A stretch of DNA of 46,045 nucleotides, taken from positions 1 to 46,045 of the forward strand of contig JBNAWM010000003.1 in assembly GCA_049699855.1 (NCBI GenBank), given 5' to 3'. Positions within the stretch are counted from its first letter, which is position 1. The number at the start of each line of letters is the position of its first letter. Made by a program: the position numbers and the translations under genes. This document shows positions 25,683 through 35,504 of this stretch, piece after piece. The stretch comes from Candidatus Cryosericum sp. (GTDB lineage Bacteria > Caldisericota > Caldisericia > Cryosericales > Cryosericaceae). Under the pieces are notes generated by a model. It did no database searches. It saw only the letters and a program-made list of their open reading frames with translations, and was not told the DNA's origin.

Positions 25683-26699
25683 TTACTTGGAGAAGACCTT
25701 CAGGAGGTCTATCCACTCCTGAGGAACAGTCTTGAGTCTGTCGACGGCATCGGATAAGGGGACAGAGTCGATGTGAGTGCCATGCAGGGCCGCCATTCTG
25801 CCGAATTCGCCATCATGAATCATTTCAATTGCCTTGACGCCGACTCTCGACCCCAGGATCCGGTCAAACAACGTCGGACTTCCCCCGCGCTGTATGTGGC
25901 CAATGGTGGCTGAGCGAGTGGATATGCCCGTTCGTTCTTCGAGAATCCGGGCGATTTCTGGTCCGACGCCCCGATCCTGCAACAGCATGTGTCCGAAGTC
26001 GTCCAGCTGTTCGGTTGTCACTTTGGTTACCTCGACTCCTTCACTGACGACGACAAAAGCGTACTTCTTGCGCTTATAAGCGGTCATCACCTGATTGGTC
26101 ATGGTATCCCAGTCTATCGGTACTTCAGGAATGAGCGTGTAGTCAGCTCCCGAACCAATGCCTGTGTAAAGAGCAACCCATCCGGCATTTCTGCCCATCA
26201 CCTCAAGAATAAGGATGCGACGGTGCGACAGTGCGGTGTCCTTCAGTCTTCTTGAAGCATCCAGAGCTACGCCGACGGCGGAGTCGAAGCCGAACGTGAA
26301 GTCTGTTCCCGACACATCGTTGTCCATGGTCTTCGGAACACCCACAACCCTTACGCCCATCTTCGCCAGCTTGGCGGCTACGCCGAGCGTGTCGTCGCCA
26401 CCAATGGCAACGATGGCATCAAGCCCCAGAGCGGCGATATTGTCAATTGTTTGCTGAACAAGCTGAGGACTCTTGAAGGGATTCGTCCGAGACGTTCCGA
26501 GGATGGTGCCGCCCTGGTCAATGATCTCGTCGACACGATCGAGGTCGAGGGGTTCTGTCTCGCGCGACAGCAGGCCCTTCCACCCTTCCGAAATACCGAC
26601 GCATTCATCGCCAAAGTCGAGCGCCCTGAATACCGCGCCACGTATGGCCGGGTTAAGCCCGGGGCAGTCGCCGCCGCCTGTAAGGATTCCTATTCTCAT
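25683..26699 (-). CDS. pfp: 6-phosphofructokinase, probably PPi-dependent
   Basis: LTGGGDCPGLN; GGDDT and PKTMDND give the Asp/Lys PPi signature. Confidence 0.8.
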   Translation of the reverse strand: MRIGILTGGGDCPGLNPAIRGAVFRALDFGDECVGISEGWKGLLSRETEPLDLDRVDEIIDQGGTILGTSRTNPFKSPQLVQQTIDNIAALGLDAIVAIGGDDTLGVAAKLAKMGVRVVGVPKTMDNDVSGTDFTFGFDSAVGVALDASRRLKDTALSHRRILILEVMGRNAGWVALYTGIGSGADYTLIPEVPIDWDTMTNQVMTAYKRKKYAFVVVSEGVEVTKVTTEQLDDFGHMLLQDRGVGPEIARILEERTGISTRSATIGHIQRGGSPTLFDRILGSRVGVKAIEMIHDGEFGRMAALHGTHIDSVPLSDAVDRLKTVPQEWIDLLKVFSK

Positions 26700-26749
26700 A
26701 GCAAGTCAACCTCCGTTCGTGCGTGGTGAAACGCATTCTATATCGATTC

Positions 26750-26777
26750 ATTGTAGAATAGCGGCAAGCTGAGTCAA
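26750..26777 (-). promoter_or_regulatory. Putative pfk operon promoter TTGACT-N16-TACAAT
   Basis: Near-consensus hexamers 50 nt upstream of the ATG. Confidence 0.65.
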
Positions 26778-26823
26778 GGCGAAGGCGCAGAAGTCGCGAG
26801 CTTCAGACAGGAACTGAAGCGGT

Positions 26824-29142
26824 TCAGCTGGAGATGTGAAACCACCGGAATACAGCAATCTTGTAGAAATCCAGCACTATGGCATAGAGGAGAATGGCCA
26901 GAAATGTCAAACCCAGGACGCGCAAAGGGAGAGGCGTCATGAGAATGCCACGTGAAGCCATGAAGCCGATCACCACCAGGTCGCCCAGAGTACTCAGGAG
27001 AAGCGCTCGTCCCGGTCGTGACTGCCAGAAGTGGCGGCGCTCTCGCACGAGATAGACATTGGCCTGTCCCGTCAGCACCAGCATGACGAAGATCAACGTC
27101 TGCAATTGCGGAAGACTGTAATGAAGAAGGCTTGTTCCAGCATACAGTGTACCAAATGCCACGATCAGCCATCCGAGTGCCAGAAAAAGAGCACTGCCTG
27201 TGAGCTGTGACACACGCCATCGGTCGGGAAGCCGAGATGCTGTTGCTGTATCGGAGGCCAGCGACATGGTCACGAAATCATTGGCGAAGAGAAGGAGAAG
27301 AATGAGCCGCGGAGATGTCACGAAACGGCCAGTCAGGAAGAAAGCGACAGCCAGAAACAGGGCGATCTGGAGCGTCTTTATGATTTTGTTAAGGGTATAG
27401 CTCAACATCCGCTGGTAGATTTGACGACCAGTTATGACAGCGGTGACAATGCCGCTCAGACCTGGGTTTGTGAGGATAGCGCTGGCAGCCGCGCGTGCAA
27501 CGTCGGTCGCATTGGAAACTGCAATGCCAACCTCGGCCTGCTTCAGGGCAGGAGCGTCATTGACACCATCGCCCGTCATGCCAACCACATTGCCGGCATG
27601 CTGGGAGACCTGAACCAGCGTGTACTTGTCCTCGGGGAGAACTCCTGCGACAATGTCGCAGTCGAGTGCAGTCGACTTTCCGCTTTCGTCGCGCAGTGCA
27701 GCTGCGTCACACGCACGGTCCCCGAGGCCGATCTGGCCGGCGATAGCCCGTGCCGTCTCTGGGGTGTCCCCCGTCACCATCACTACTCGTATCCCCATGT
27801 CTTTCAGATTGTGAATGAGCTGAGCTGAGTCGCTGCGTGGCGGGTCTTCAAGGGCAAGGAGTCCAGCCATCGTGAGCTGATCACCTGAACCGGCCGCCAC
27901 TGCAAGGACCCGGTTGCCCCGTGCAGCCAGAGCCTCGACATCGGCTGCCAGCGAAGGGCCTTCACCGACAAGCGTGTCAACGATTTGGGGAGAGCCTTTG
28001 ACAATGCGGGTGCTGATTCCATCCTGTATCACAGTAGCCTCTGTGCGCTTGGTCGCCGAATCGAAAGGCGTGAAGCTGGAGACAACTGCTGTGCCAGCAG
28101 AGACGTTCAGTTCTTGAGCGCGGGCAATAATGGCGAGGTCGATGGGGTCCTGCGATCGTTCATCTGAACTGAGCAGTGCCAGCCGAAGAACTTCATCTTG
28201 TGTCCTACCCGCCGCAGGAACGATATCCACAAGTTTCAGCTGATTTTCAGTGATCGTTCCCGTCTTGTCGCTGAACAGCACGCTCATGGCTGCCGCTTCC
28301 TCGATCGCTGAGAGACGCGTTACCAGAACACCACGGCTGACAAGCTGCTGGGCGCCGACAGCAGAGGCAAGAGTGAACACCGCGGGCAGGGCAACGGGGA
28401 CCGATGCGACCAGCAGCATCAGCGAAAAAGAGATTGTGTCGAGAAACGGAACTCCATTGATGCGCGAATATACAAGCACACCGACAACCAGCAGGACGTC
28501 GAGTGCCAGGAGATACTTGACGATCCCGACGATCGTTTCCTGCAGGTGACTCACCGTTCTTGCTGAACCGACCAGCTGAGCTGTGCGGCCAAAGTATGTG
28601 TGGATACCGGTGCCCGTAACGGTGCCGCTTGCCTCGCCCTGCTTGACGATACTGCCTGCATAGATGTGACTGCCTGCGGTCGCTTCTTGTGGCAGCGACT
28701 CACCTGTCAGAGCGGACTGGTCGACAGACAGCGTTCCATCGATGAGAGTGATGTCGGCAGGAACAAGATCTCCCATGCGCAGATGGACCACGTCATCCGG
28801 GACGATTAACTGCGAGTCCATCGTCTGCCACGAGCCATCTCGCAAGACGCGAACATGGACGACCAGGCGCTTCTGCAGAAGTCTGAGCGCATCTTGTGCC
28901 TTGTTTTCCTGAACGAAGCTGATGACTGCGTTAAAGACGATGAGTGCTCCAATAATGATGGACTGGGTGTAGTGCCGGGTAATCAGCTCAAGGATCAGGC
29001 TTGCTTCAAGCATCCAGGGAACTGGACCCCATGCCTTGCGGAGGAGAATCAACCAGGAAGGGTCATGATGCTCCGGTATTTCATTCGGCCCGGTTTTGGC
29101 AAGTCGTTCGTGCGCCTCGCTGCTGGTCAAGCCTGTCATCAT
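26824..29142 (-). CDS. P-type plasma-membrane H+-efflux ATPase (P3A type)
   Basis: SALTGES, VPVALP, DKTGT, KGSP, MVTGD, TGDGVNDAPAL and FANDFVTMSLA motifs. Confidence 0.88.
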   Translation of the reverse strand: MMTGLTSSEAHERLAKTGPNEIPEHHDPSWLILLRKAWGPVPWMLEASLILELITRHYTQSIIIGALIVFNAVISFVQENKAQDALRLLQKRLVVHVRVLRDGSWQTMDSQLIVPDDVVHLRMGDLVPADITLIDGTLSVDQSALTGESLPQEATAGSHIYAGSIVKQGEASGTVTGTGIHTYFGRTAQLVGSARTVSHLQETIVGIVKYLLALDVLLVVGVLVYSRINGVPFLDTISFSLMLLVASVPVALPAVFTLASAVGAQQLVSRGVLVTRLSAIEEAAAMSVLFSDKTGTITENQLKLVDIVPAAGRTQDEVLRLALLSSDERSQDPIDLAIIARAQELNVSAGTAVVSSFTPFDSATKRTEATVIQDGISTRIVKGSPQIVDTLVGEGPSLAADVEALAARGNRVLAVAAGSGDQLTMAGLLALEDPPRSDSAQLIHNLKDMGIRVVMVTGDTPETARAIAGQIGLGDRACDAAALRDESGKSTALDCDIVAGVLPEDKYTLVQVSQHAGNVVGMTGDGVNDAPALKQAEVGIAVSNATDVARAAASAILTNPGLSGIVTAVITGRQIYQRMLSYTLNKIIKTLQIALFLAVAFFLTGRFVTSPRLILLLLFANDFVTMSLASDTATASRLPDRWRVSQLTGSALFLALGWLIVAFGTLYAGTSLLHYSLPQLQTLIFVMLVLTGQANVYLVRERRHFWQSRPGRALLLSTLGDLVVIGFMASRGILMTPLPLRVLGLTFLAILLYAIVLDFYKIAVFRWFHISS

Positions 29143-29206
29143 ACTTCTCCTCTCCCTGTACAATTGGAACTGTGGACACTCTGTGTCGTTTGCGTCTTGT
29201 CACTAT

Positions 29207-29234
29207 AGTGTAGCCGACCCATTGGTGCAGGCAA
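29207..29234 (-). promoter_or_regulatory. Putative ATPase promoter TTGCCT-N16-TACACT
   Basis: 64 nt upstream of the ATPase start. Confidence 0.5.
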
Positions 29235-29389
29235 TGCACTAAATGGAGAAAGCTTCTCCTCGGCCCTGAGCCTGAAGACTCTCAGACTGAGGCTGATGCT
29301 GCTATACTATATTTGATGGTGCTTGATAGCCAAGGTTCCGCAAAGACTGGTTCTGGAAGTGTGAGGCTTCGACTTAGAGGTGAACAAAG

Positions 29390-30076
29390 ATGCAGGATGT
29401 TCTGTCAGGGCTTGGACTGTCGCTGCTGCTGATGCTCCTGGGCATTCCGCTCATGCTGGGCAAGGTACGGCGCAATGGCTGGTATGGCGCACGCTTTCCT
29501 GCCGCCATGGCAGACGACCGCGTCTGGGATGTCGTGAATCGCAAATCCGGATTCTTGTTTGTCGCAGGGGGAGCAGGCGGTGTCCTCATCGGGTTGCTCG
29601 CCGTCCTTGGAATTATCACCCGGGCTGTGGGGCCGTACATTCTCGGAACACTGCTTGTCTATTTGCTCATCGCGACTGCGTGGCTGTGGTGGTACTCTGA
29701 ACGGGTTGCGCGGGATGCAGGCGTTTCGGCACGGGAGGTGGAGGTCGACCGCGCGACGCTGCTGCTGATTTCGTTCGGCTGCTTCGCCATTGCCATCGTG
29801 GGAGTCGTGTCTGCGTTTTCAACGCCCAATCCTTGGCTCGGGTTCCGTATCCCTGCGACGTTTGCTGACCCGGCAGTCTGGCACCAGGTCAACCTCAAGG
29901 CAGGACTGACCCTGGCAGTTCTGTCGGGCGTTTTTGGACTCATGTTCCTTGGCCTGCGCGGCATGAGCGAGCATGACCGGAGGAGACTGTTCTCAGGACT
30001 GCTCATCGGCTGGTTCGTTGCGATCGTCCTTGTGGCCGTAGCCGGTACCTTGTACGCAAACAGTCTCATACGCTGA
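29390..30076 (+). CDS. SdpI/YhfL-like immunity membrane protein with two tandem repeats
   Basis: RNGWYGARFP..DDRVWDVVNRKSG and PNPWLGFRIPAT..VWHQVNLKAG. Confidence 0.75.
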   Translation: MQDVLSGLGLSLLLMLLGIPLMLGKVRRNGWYGARFPAAMADDRVWDVVNRKSGFLFVAGGAGGVLIGLLAVLGIITRAVGPYILGTLLVYLLIATAWLWWYSERVARDAGVSAREVEVDRATLLLISFGCFAIAIVGVVSAFSTPNPWLGFRIPATFADPAVWHQVNLKAGLTLAVLSGVFGLMFLGLRGMSEHDRRRLFSGLLIGWFVAIVLVAVAGTLYANSLIR

Positions 30077-30089
30077 AGTGGAGGACATT

Positions 30090-30623
30090 ATGCGCTTTGG
30101 ACTGTCACTTACTGCTGGTGCGATGGCTGTGGATGCACTCTCCATCGGGCTACCACTGCTTATCTGTTTCATGACACTGCACAGCCTGAGGAGGATTCCA
30201 CGGTCTCAGCGCATCGCCGTGTCTGCACTGGTCGTCTGTGTCACCCTGCTTGTTGGTGGTCTTGGTGTGTTCTTCCTGGTTGGTGAGCTCCGCACGGGAG
30301 TTGTCGTAGGTGACCGGATGATCGTCGAGGCCCCTCCGTTTGCTTCGGTCAGCGTCGAGCGGGTCGACATTCTCCGGGCCTACAGGGTGGTCGATCGAGC
30401 GGAAGAGCCTCACTTGGCCATCGCTGTCAGAACGAATGGCACTGGCGTGGGCTCCTATCTGACGGGGAACTTCAGGCTTCAGGACGGACGCTCGGCAGTT
30501 GTGATGGTGTCTGGGCCGGCATGCGTTGTGATTGAACTAAAGGATAAGGTCTTGTTGCTTGCTCCCGATGACCTCGACGGGTTTGTCCGGGCACTGCAGG
30601 CGTGGGGAGTCCCGGTTGGGTAA
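30090..30623 (+). CDS. Membrane-anchored bacterial PH-domain-like protein
   Basis: 2 TM segments, then RTNGTG...GNFRL and LLLAPDD..GF; GGAGGA SD. Confidence 0.65.
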   Translation: MRFGLSLTAGAMAVDALSIGLPLLICFMTLHSLRRIPRSQRIAVSALVVCVTLLVGGLGVFFLVGELRTGVVVGDRMIVEAPPFASVSVERVDILRAYRVVDRAEEPHLAIAVRTNGTGVGSYLTGNFRLQDGRSAVVMVSGPACVVIELKDKVLLLAPDDLDGFVRALQAWGVPVG

Positions 30624-30640
30624 CCGGGAAGGAGACCGGT

Positions 30641-31174
30641 ATGATTGAACTGACAGAAGAAGGACGGGTCTTTCGTCCACGTGTAAGTGCATGGACCCGG
30701 GTTTCCACCTGGATGCTGGGGGGCGTACTGACCATTCCGTTTATCATTGTCATGAGCGCAGCGCATGACGCTTGGCCTGAGTTGTGGTGGACGGTGCTCC
30801 TGATGGGGGTTATGGCTGTCGGCGGTATCGCGGTGTCCATGAATACCGTTCGGATTGTCCGCACGATGCGTTACATCCTGACCGCAGATGCGGTCGAGAT
30901 ACATGCCGGGGGCAGCTCACGCCAGATATTGTTCAGGGACATCATTCGTGCCGAGGTGGTCAATCTTGCTTTCAATCCCATTTCGAGCTTCCGTCTTCCT
31001 GGTTTGGCACTGTATGATGTCCTTTACAGTGATGAGGGCATTTTGACCATGTTCTCCACGCACGCGCTCAAGGACGTCGTTCTCATCGAGACTGCCGACC
31101 GCCACAAATACGGCATCTCGCCCGAAGACGAAGCCGAGTTTGTCAGCGATCTGCGCTCCCGTCTTCAATTGTGA
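30641..31174 (+). CDS. Membrane-anchored bacterial PH-domain-like protein
   Basis: 2 TM segments, RYILT, VVLIET...YGISPED..EFV; AAGGAG SD. Confidence 0.65.
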   Translation: MIELTEEGRVFRPRVSAWTRVSTWMLGGVLTIPFIIVMSAAHDAWPELWWTVLLMGVMAVGGIAVSMNTVRIVRTMRYILTADAVEIHAGGSSRQILFRDIIRAEVVNLAFNPISSFRLPGLALYDVLYSDEGILTMFSTHALKDVVLIETADRHKYGISPEDEAEFVSDLRSRLQL

Positions 31175-31250
31175 ATCCCATTGTACCAGGTACCAAAGGT
31201 GTTCACAATTGTGCTGCGGCCGCGGATGGCCCGCAAATGGAGGAACGCTG

Positions 31251-31979
31251 ATGTGCAGGATGTTTGGACTGATTGCAGAGACACCGCAGTTCCTGGCGCC
31301 CTGGCTAACGGACGAAGAGCCTTCGTTGCGTTCGCTGGCAATCAAAGACAGGTCTGGCGAGGGCAATGTCGACGGATGGGGTGTCGGATGGTATGACCGT
31401 GGAGGCGACAACCCGCACATCGTGAAGGAACCGAAACCGGCCTATGAGTCGCCCCTGTACGAAGAGACAGCTCGGAGCGTCAGTGCCCGCATCGCCCTCG
31501 CTCATGTTCGCCGCAGCAGCGGAACTCCTCGCTTGATGGAGAACACGCATCCATTTGGCTGGGGTCGTTGGCTGTTCTGCCACAACGGATACTGCTCAGG
31601 CACACGCCTGAAAGACCGCCTCCTGCCGAGGTACAAGAACATCCTGAAGGGAGAGAATGACAGTGAGATCTATTTTGCCCTGCTTCTGCAATACCTCGAA
31701 GCAATGGAGGACCCTGTTACAGCTCTCGGGACGGCTGTCCACGAGGTCATGTCTGTCGGTGAGTTCACCGGCCTCAACTTCCTCTTGAGCGAGGGTTTGC
31801 ATATCTATGCCTTTCACTACAGCACCGATCCCGAGCGGCACAGCATGTACGTGCAGCACAATGCTGACAGCGAACTCGTTGCAAGCGAGCCACTGGGATT
31901 GGGCGACTGGGAAGGGCTGCCAAACGGATCGCTTGCCGTACTCGAGCCCGGAGCGCACACCGTCGTCGCGCTGGTCTAG
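31251..31979 (+). CDS. Class II glutamine amidotransferase-like Ntn hydrolase (YafJ/EgtC type)
   Basis: MCRMFG (Cys2 nucleophile), DGWG, AHVR, NTHPF, HNG, DSE, ASEPL; GGAGG SD. Confidence 0.88.
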   Translation: MCRMFGLIAETPQFLAPWLTDEEPSLRSLAIKDRSGEGNVDGWGVGWYDRGGDNPHIVKEPKPAYESPLYEETARSVSARIALAHVRRSSGTPRLMENTHPFGWGRWLFCHNGYCSGTRLKDRLLPRYKNILKGENDSEIYFALLLQYLEAMEDPVTALGTAVHEVMSVGEFTGLNFLLSEGLHIYAFHYSTDPERHSMYVQHNADSELVASEPLGLGDWEGLPNGSLAVLEPGAHTVVALV

Positions 31980-32037
31980 GTCATCTTCCTGGCAACAGAG
32001 GCGCCCACGGTCGCCGGTCTGTGGCGAAGCCAGGACT

Positions 32038-32065
32038 TTGCTTTTTGAGCATGTTCGCCTACCAT
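32038..32065 (+). promoter_or_regulatory. Putative uppP promoter TTGCTT-N16-TACCAT
   Basis: 38 nt upstream of the ATG. Confidence 0.4.
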
Positions 32066-32103
32066 ATTGCATGTGACGAACGTCAGATTTGGAGGTATCA
32101 ACC

Positions 32104-32919
32104 ATGATCCTGTGGAAAAGTATCGTGCTGGGCATTGTGCAGGGACTGACCGAATTCCTGCCTGTCAGCAGTTCAGGTCACCTGGTCTTGTTCTCGGGTC
32201 TCCTCAAGGCAGATGCAACCTTGGCCTTTGACGTAGCTTTGCATGTTGGCAGCCTCATCGCGCTGGTTATTTTCTTCTGGGGCGACATCGTGGGCCTTTT
32301 CCAGGGATTCCTGGCCACGTTCCGGACAAACCTGACGCATGATGAAGTCCGCAAGCGCAATTTGTTCTGGCTCATCGTGGCGGCTATCATCCCGTCTGGT
32401 ATTCTTGGGGCCGTGCTGAGCTCAACGATTGAGAAGGCTTTTTCCAGCCCGTATGTTGTGGCAGTCATGTTCCTTGTGACAGCGGCCTTGCTGTTTCTTC
32501 AACACTTCTCTTCAACGACAAGAACCATCCGCGAAGTCGGCTGGAAGGATGCTCTTGCAATCGGCATAGGACAGATGTTTGCTCTGTTCCCCGGCTTGTC
32601 GCGCAGTGGCACGACCATGTCTGTAGGTGTCTACAGAGGGCTCAAGCAGGAGGATGCGGCGCATTTCAGCTTTCTCATGGCCATCCCAACGATTGCTGGA
32701 GCGGCGGTCTTCAAGCTGAAAGATTTCATGAAGGCGGGCCTGTCGTCGGGAGCGCTCACCGATATCGGCGTTGGAGTCGTTGTCAGCGTATTGACAAGTC
32801 TGCTTGCCATCGGACTCCTGCTGAAGGTGGCACGGAAGGGCAAGATGGAGTGGTTCGCTCTGTACTGCGTCGCAGCAGCGATCTTTACTGCCGTAGTACA
32901 CTATCTGGGCATTATCTGA
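32104..32919 (+). CDS. uppP: Undecaprenyl-diphosphatase (BacA/UppP)
   Basis: QGLTEFLPVSSSGHL, PGLSRSGTT and FSFLMAIP motifs. Confidence 0.95.
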   Translation: MILWKSIVLGIVQGLTEFLPVSSSGHLVLFSGLLKADATLAFDVALHVGSLIALVIFFWGDIVGLFQGFLATFRTNLTHDEVRKRNLFWLIVAAIIPSGILGAVLSSTIEKAFSSPYVVAVMFLVTAALLFLQHFSSTTRTIREVGWKDALAIGIGQMFALFPGLSRSGTTMSVGVYRGLKQEDAAHFSFLMAIPTIAGAAVFKLKDFMKAGLSSGALTDIGVGVVVSVLTSLLAIGLLLKVARKGKMEWFALYCVAAAIFTAVVHYLGII

Positions 32920-32990
32920 TTCCCCCTGTGATTGGTACGGGAATTCACGGTATAATGCGTGAACATATTTGACAAAGAGGAGCGTGTCGC

Positions 32991-34694
32991 ATGTTCGAAA
33001 AAGCAGTTGACAAGAAAGACATTGGCGATCTTGCCCTGTCCATTGGCATCAAGGACGAGGAGATCGATTTCTTCGGCCGCTACATGGGCAAAGTTGACTA
33101 CCACATCCTGAACCGCCTGCAAGACCAACCTGACGGAAAGTATATCGACGTGACGGCCATCACACCGACGCCCTTTGGCGAGGGTAAGACGGTAACCACC
33201 ATCGGGCTGGGTATGGCACTTAACAAGCTGGGATTCAAGACGGTCAATGCTTTGCGTGAACCGTCGATGGGCCCAGTCTTTGGCATCAAGGGCGGCGGCA
33301 CGGGCGGCGGCAAGTCATCGCTTTTTCCGATGGAACAGATCAACCTGCACTTCACAGGGGACATCCATGCGGTGGAGACAGCGACGAACCTTCTGGCAGC
33401 AGTAGTGGACAATCACATCTCACAGGGAAATGAGTTGGACATTGATCCTCAAACGATCAGCTGGCGCCGCACCATGGATGTGGAAGACCGGTCGATGCGC
33501 AAGCTCACCATCCATTTGACCGAGAAAAAGGACGGGGTCAAGACAGATACGACGTATGAGACGGGCTTTGACATTGCCGCTGCTTCACCAATCATGGCGA
33601 TCATGGGCTTGACGACTGGATTTGCCGACCTGCACCAGCGGCTCTCTGAGATCGTCGTAGCATTCAGCAGAAGCGGAGCCCCGATTACCGTGGCGGATCT
33701 TCGCGCAACGGGCGGACTGGCAGCGGTGCTCAAGGATGCCATCTATCCAAACCTCGTTCAGACGGAGGAAGGCACCCCCTCGTTCGTTCACATCGGGCCA
33801 TTTGCCAACATTGCTTTTGGCAACAACTCGGTTCTGGCGGATCGCATTGCGCTCAAGCTGGGTGACTATGTCGTAACAGAGAGCGGTTTTGGCGCCGACA
33901 TGGGATTCGAGAAGCTTATGGACATCAAGCTTCGACAGGCGGGAATGAAAGCACCAGACTGCGTGGTGATTGTTGCTACGGTGCGGGCACTCAAGATGCA
34001 TGGCGGCGCCTACACCATCAAGCCGGGGAAGAAGTTGGATCCGGTTCTGGTGGCAGCACCCAACATGCCGGCACTCGAGCTTGGCTGTGAGAACCTGCGC
34101 GTCCACATCGAGAATGTGCGCTCCTATGGTCTGCCTGTCGTTGTGGCAATCAACAGATTCCCGGATGACTCCGCCGAGGAGATCGCAATGGTTCAATCCA
34201 AGGCTCTTGCTTTTGGTGCTGTTGCCGCTGTTCCCCACACGTTCTTTGTTGACGGCAGTGAAGGCGGATTGGAGCTTGCAAAGGCTGTTCAGGAGGTGGC
34301 ATCGACCTCCCATGTCGGTGCTGTGCACTATCCATATGAACTAACAGACACGATCGAGGAGAAGATGCGCAAGCTCGTCCGTACGATCTATCGCGCCAGC
34401 GACATCGACCTTGCGCCACTGGCAGTCGAACGGATCAAAGAATTCACCGCGGCCGGTTATGACAAGTGGCCAATCTGTATGGCCAAGACACATCTCTCTA
34501 TCAGCCACGATCCCGATATGAAGGGTGCGCCCTCCGGATATCTGTTCCCGATTCGTGACATTCGTGCTGCGACCGGAGCGCGTTTCCTCTACCCCCTGGG
34601 TGGAACGATGCAGACCATGCCGGCCCTTTCCAAGGTCCCGGCAATCGTGAACATCGATGTGACAGAGGACGGCGTCATCACGGGTCTTCGCTGA
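32991..34694 (+). CDS. fhs: Formate--tetrahydrofolate ligase
   Basis: TAITPTPFGEGKT, LHFTGDIHA, GPFANIA, TESGFGADMG, PICMAKTH, TMP; TATAAT at 32951-32956. Confidence 0.95.
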   Translation: MFEKAVDKKDIGDLALSIGIKDEEIDFFGRYMGKVDYHILNRLQDQPDGKYIDVTAITPTPFGEGKTVTTIGLGMALNKLGFKTVNALREPSMGPVFGIKGGGTGGGKSSLFPMEQINLHFTGDIHAVETATNLLAAVVDNHISQGNELDIDPQTISWRRTMDVEDRSMRKLTIHLTEKKDGVKTDTTYETGFDIAAASPIMAIMGLTTGFADLHQRLSEIVVAFSRSGAPITVADLRATGGLAAVLKDAIYPNLVQTEEGTPSFVHIGPFANIAFGNNSVLADRIALKLGDYVVTESGFGADMGFEKLMDIKLRQAGMKAPDCVVIVATVRALKMHGGAYTIKPGKKLDPVLVAAPNMPALELGCENLRVHIENVRSYGLPVVVAINRFPDDSAEEIAMVQSKALAFGAVAAVPHTFFVDGSEGGLELAKAVQEVASTSHVGAVHYPYELTDTIEEKMRKLVRTIYRASDIDLAPLAVERIKEFTAAGYDKWPICMAKTHLSISHDPDMKGAPSGYLFPIRDIRAATGARFLYPLGGTMQTMPALSKVPAIVNIDVTEDGVITGLR

Positions 34695-34796
34695 CCTGAA
34701 GGGCGGCATCTGTGGCATGAAGAACCGCATCAAACTACAGGTGCCGTTTCCGATAAACTGAGTACAGATGTGAGACATGTGACAAGGAGGCAAGAC

Positions 34797-35375
34797 ATGA
34801 AACAAACATTTTTGAATCTTGGGGCAGCTTTTGTAGGTGAGTCCATGGCACGCAACCGGTACACCATGTACAACAAGGTGGCACGAACCGAAGGATTTGA
34901 ACAGATAGCAGCTATCTTCGCTGAGACAGCAGAGCAGGAACGGGAGCATGCCAGTGTGCTGTTCCGGTTTCTTCAGGACCTCAAAGCCGAGAATGGCGAT
35001 GAACTGAAGCTCGCCAGTGCCGAAGTCCCCCTGGGTTTCGGGACGACGGCAGAGAACCTGCAGGCCGCAATCGATGGCGAGCATTACGAAACCACGTCGA
35101 TGTACCCGGGTTTTGCAGATGTTGCAGAGCAGGAAGGATACACCGAGATCGCCCAGCGCCTTCGCGCCATTGCTGTTGCCGAAGCGCACCACGAGGAGCG
35201 GTACAGCAAACTCCTCAAGGAAGTTAAAGGACACTCTGTGTTCAAGAAGGATCACAAGATTGTCTGGGTATGCCGCGAATGCGGCTACGTGCACGAAGGC
35301 ACAGAAGCACCGGAGATCTGCCCTGCGTGCCACCATGCGCAGAGCTTCTACCAGGTGAAGGCTGAAGAGTACTAG
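34797..35375 (+). CDS. rbr: Rubrerythrin
   Basis: [28 protein letters not shown]-terminal CRECG...CPAC; AAGGAGG SD. Confidence 0.95.
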   Translation: MKQTFLNLGAAFVGESMARNRYTMYNKVARTEGFEQIAAIFAETAEQEREHASVLFRFLQDLKAENGDELKLASAEVPLGFGTTAENLQAAIDGEHYETTSMYPGFADVAEQEGYTEIAQRLRAIAVAEAHHEERYSKLLKEVKGHSVFKKDHKIVWVCRECGYVHEGTEAPEICPACHHAQSFYQVKAEEY

Positions 35376-35391
35376 AATCGGTACCGTGAGC

Positions 35392-35413
35392 GGGGCCTGT
35401 TTCAGCAGGCCCC
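35392..35413 (+). terminator. GC hairpin after rbr (no clear U-tract)
   Basis: GGGGCCTG/CAGGCCCC 8-bp stem. Confidence 0.45.
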
Positions 35414-35504
35414 ATCGGTCTTGAGATCAAATGACAGTGGACTTTGAGCGCGCCCACGAGTGTTGCGCCGGGTTCATGTCCCAAGTATCAGGGGTGATCA
35501 GAGC

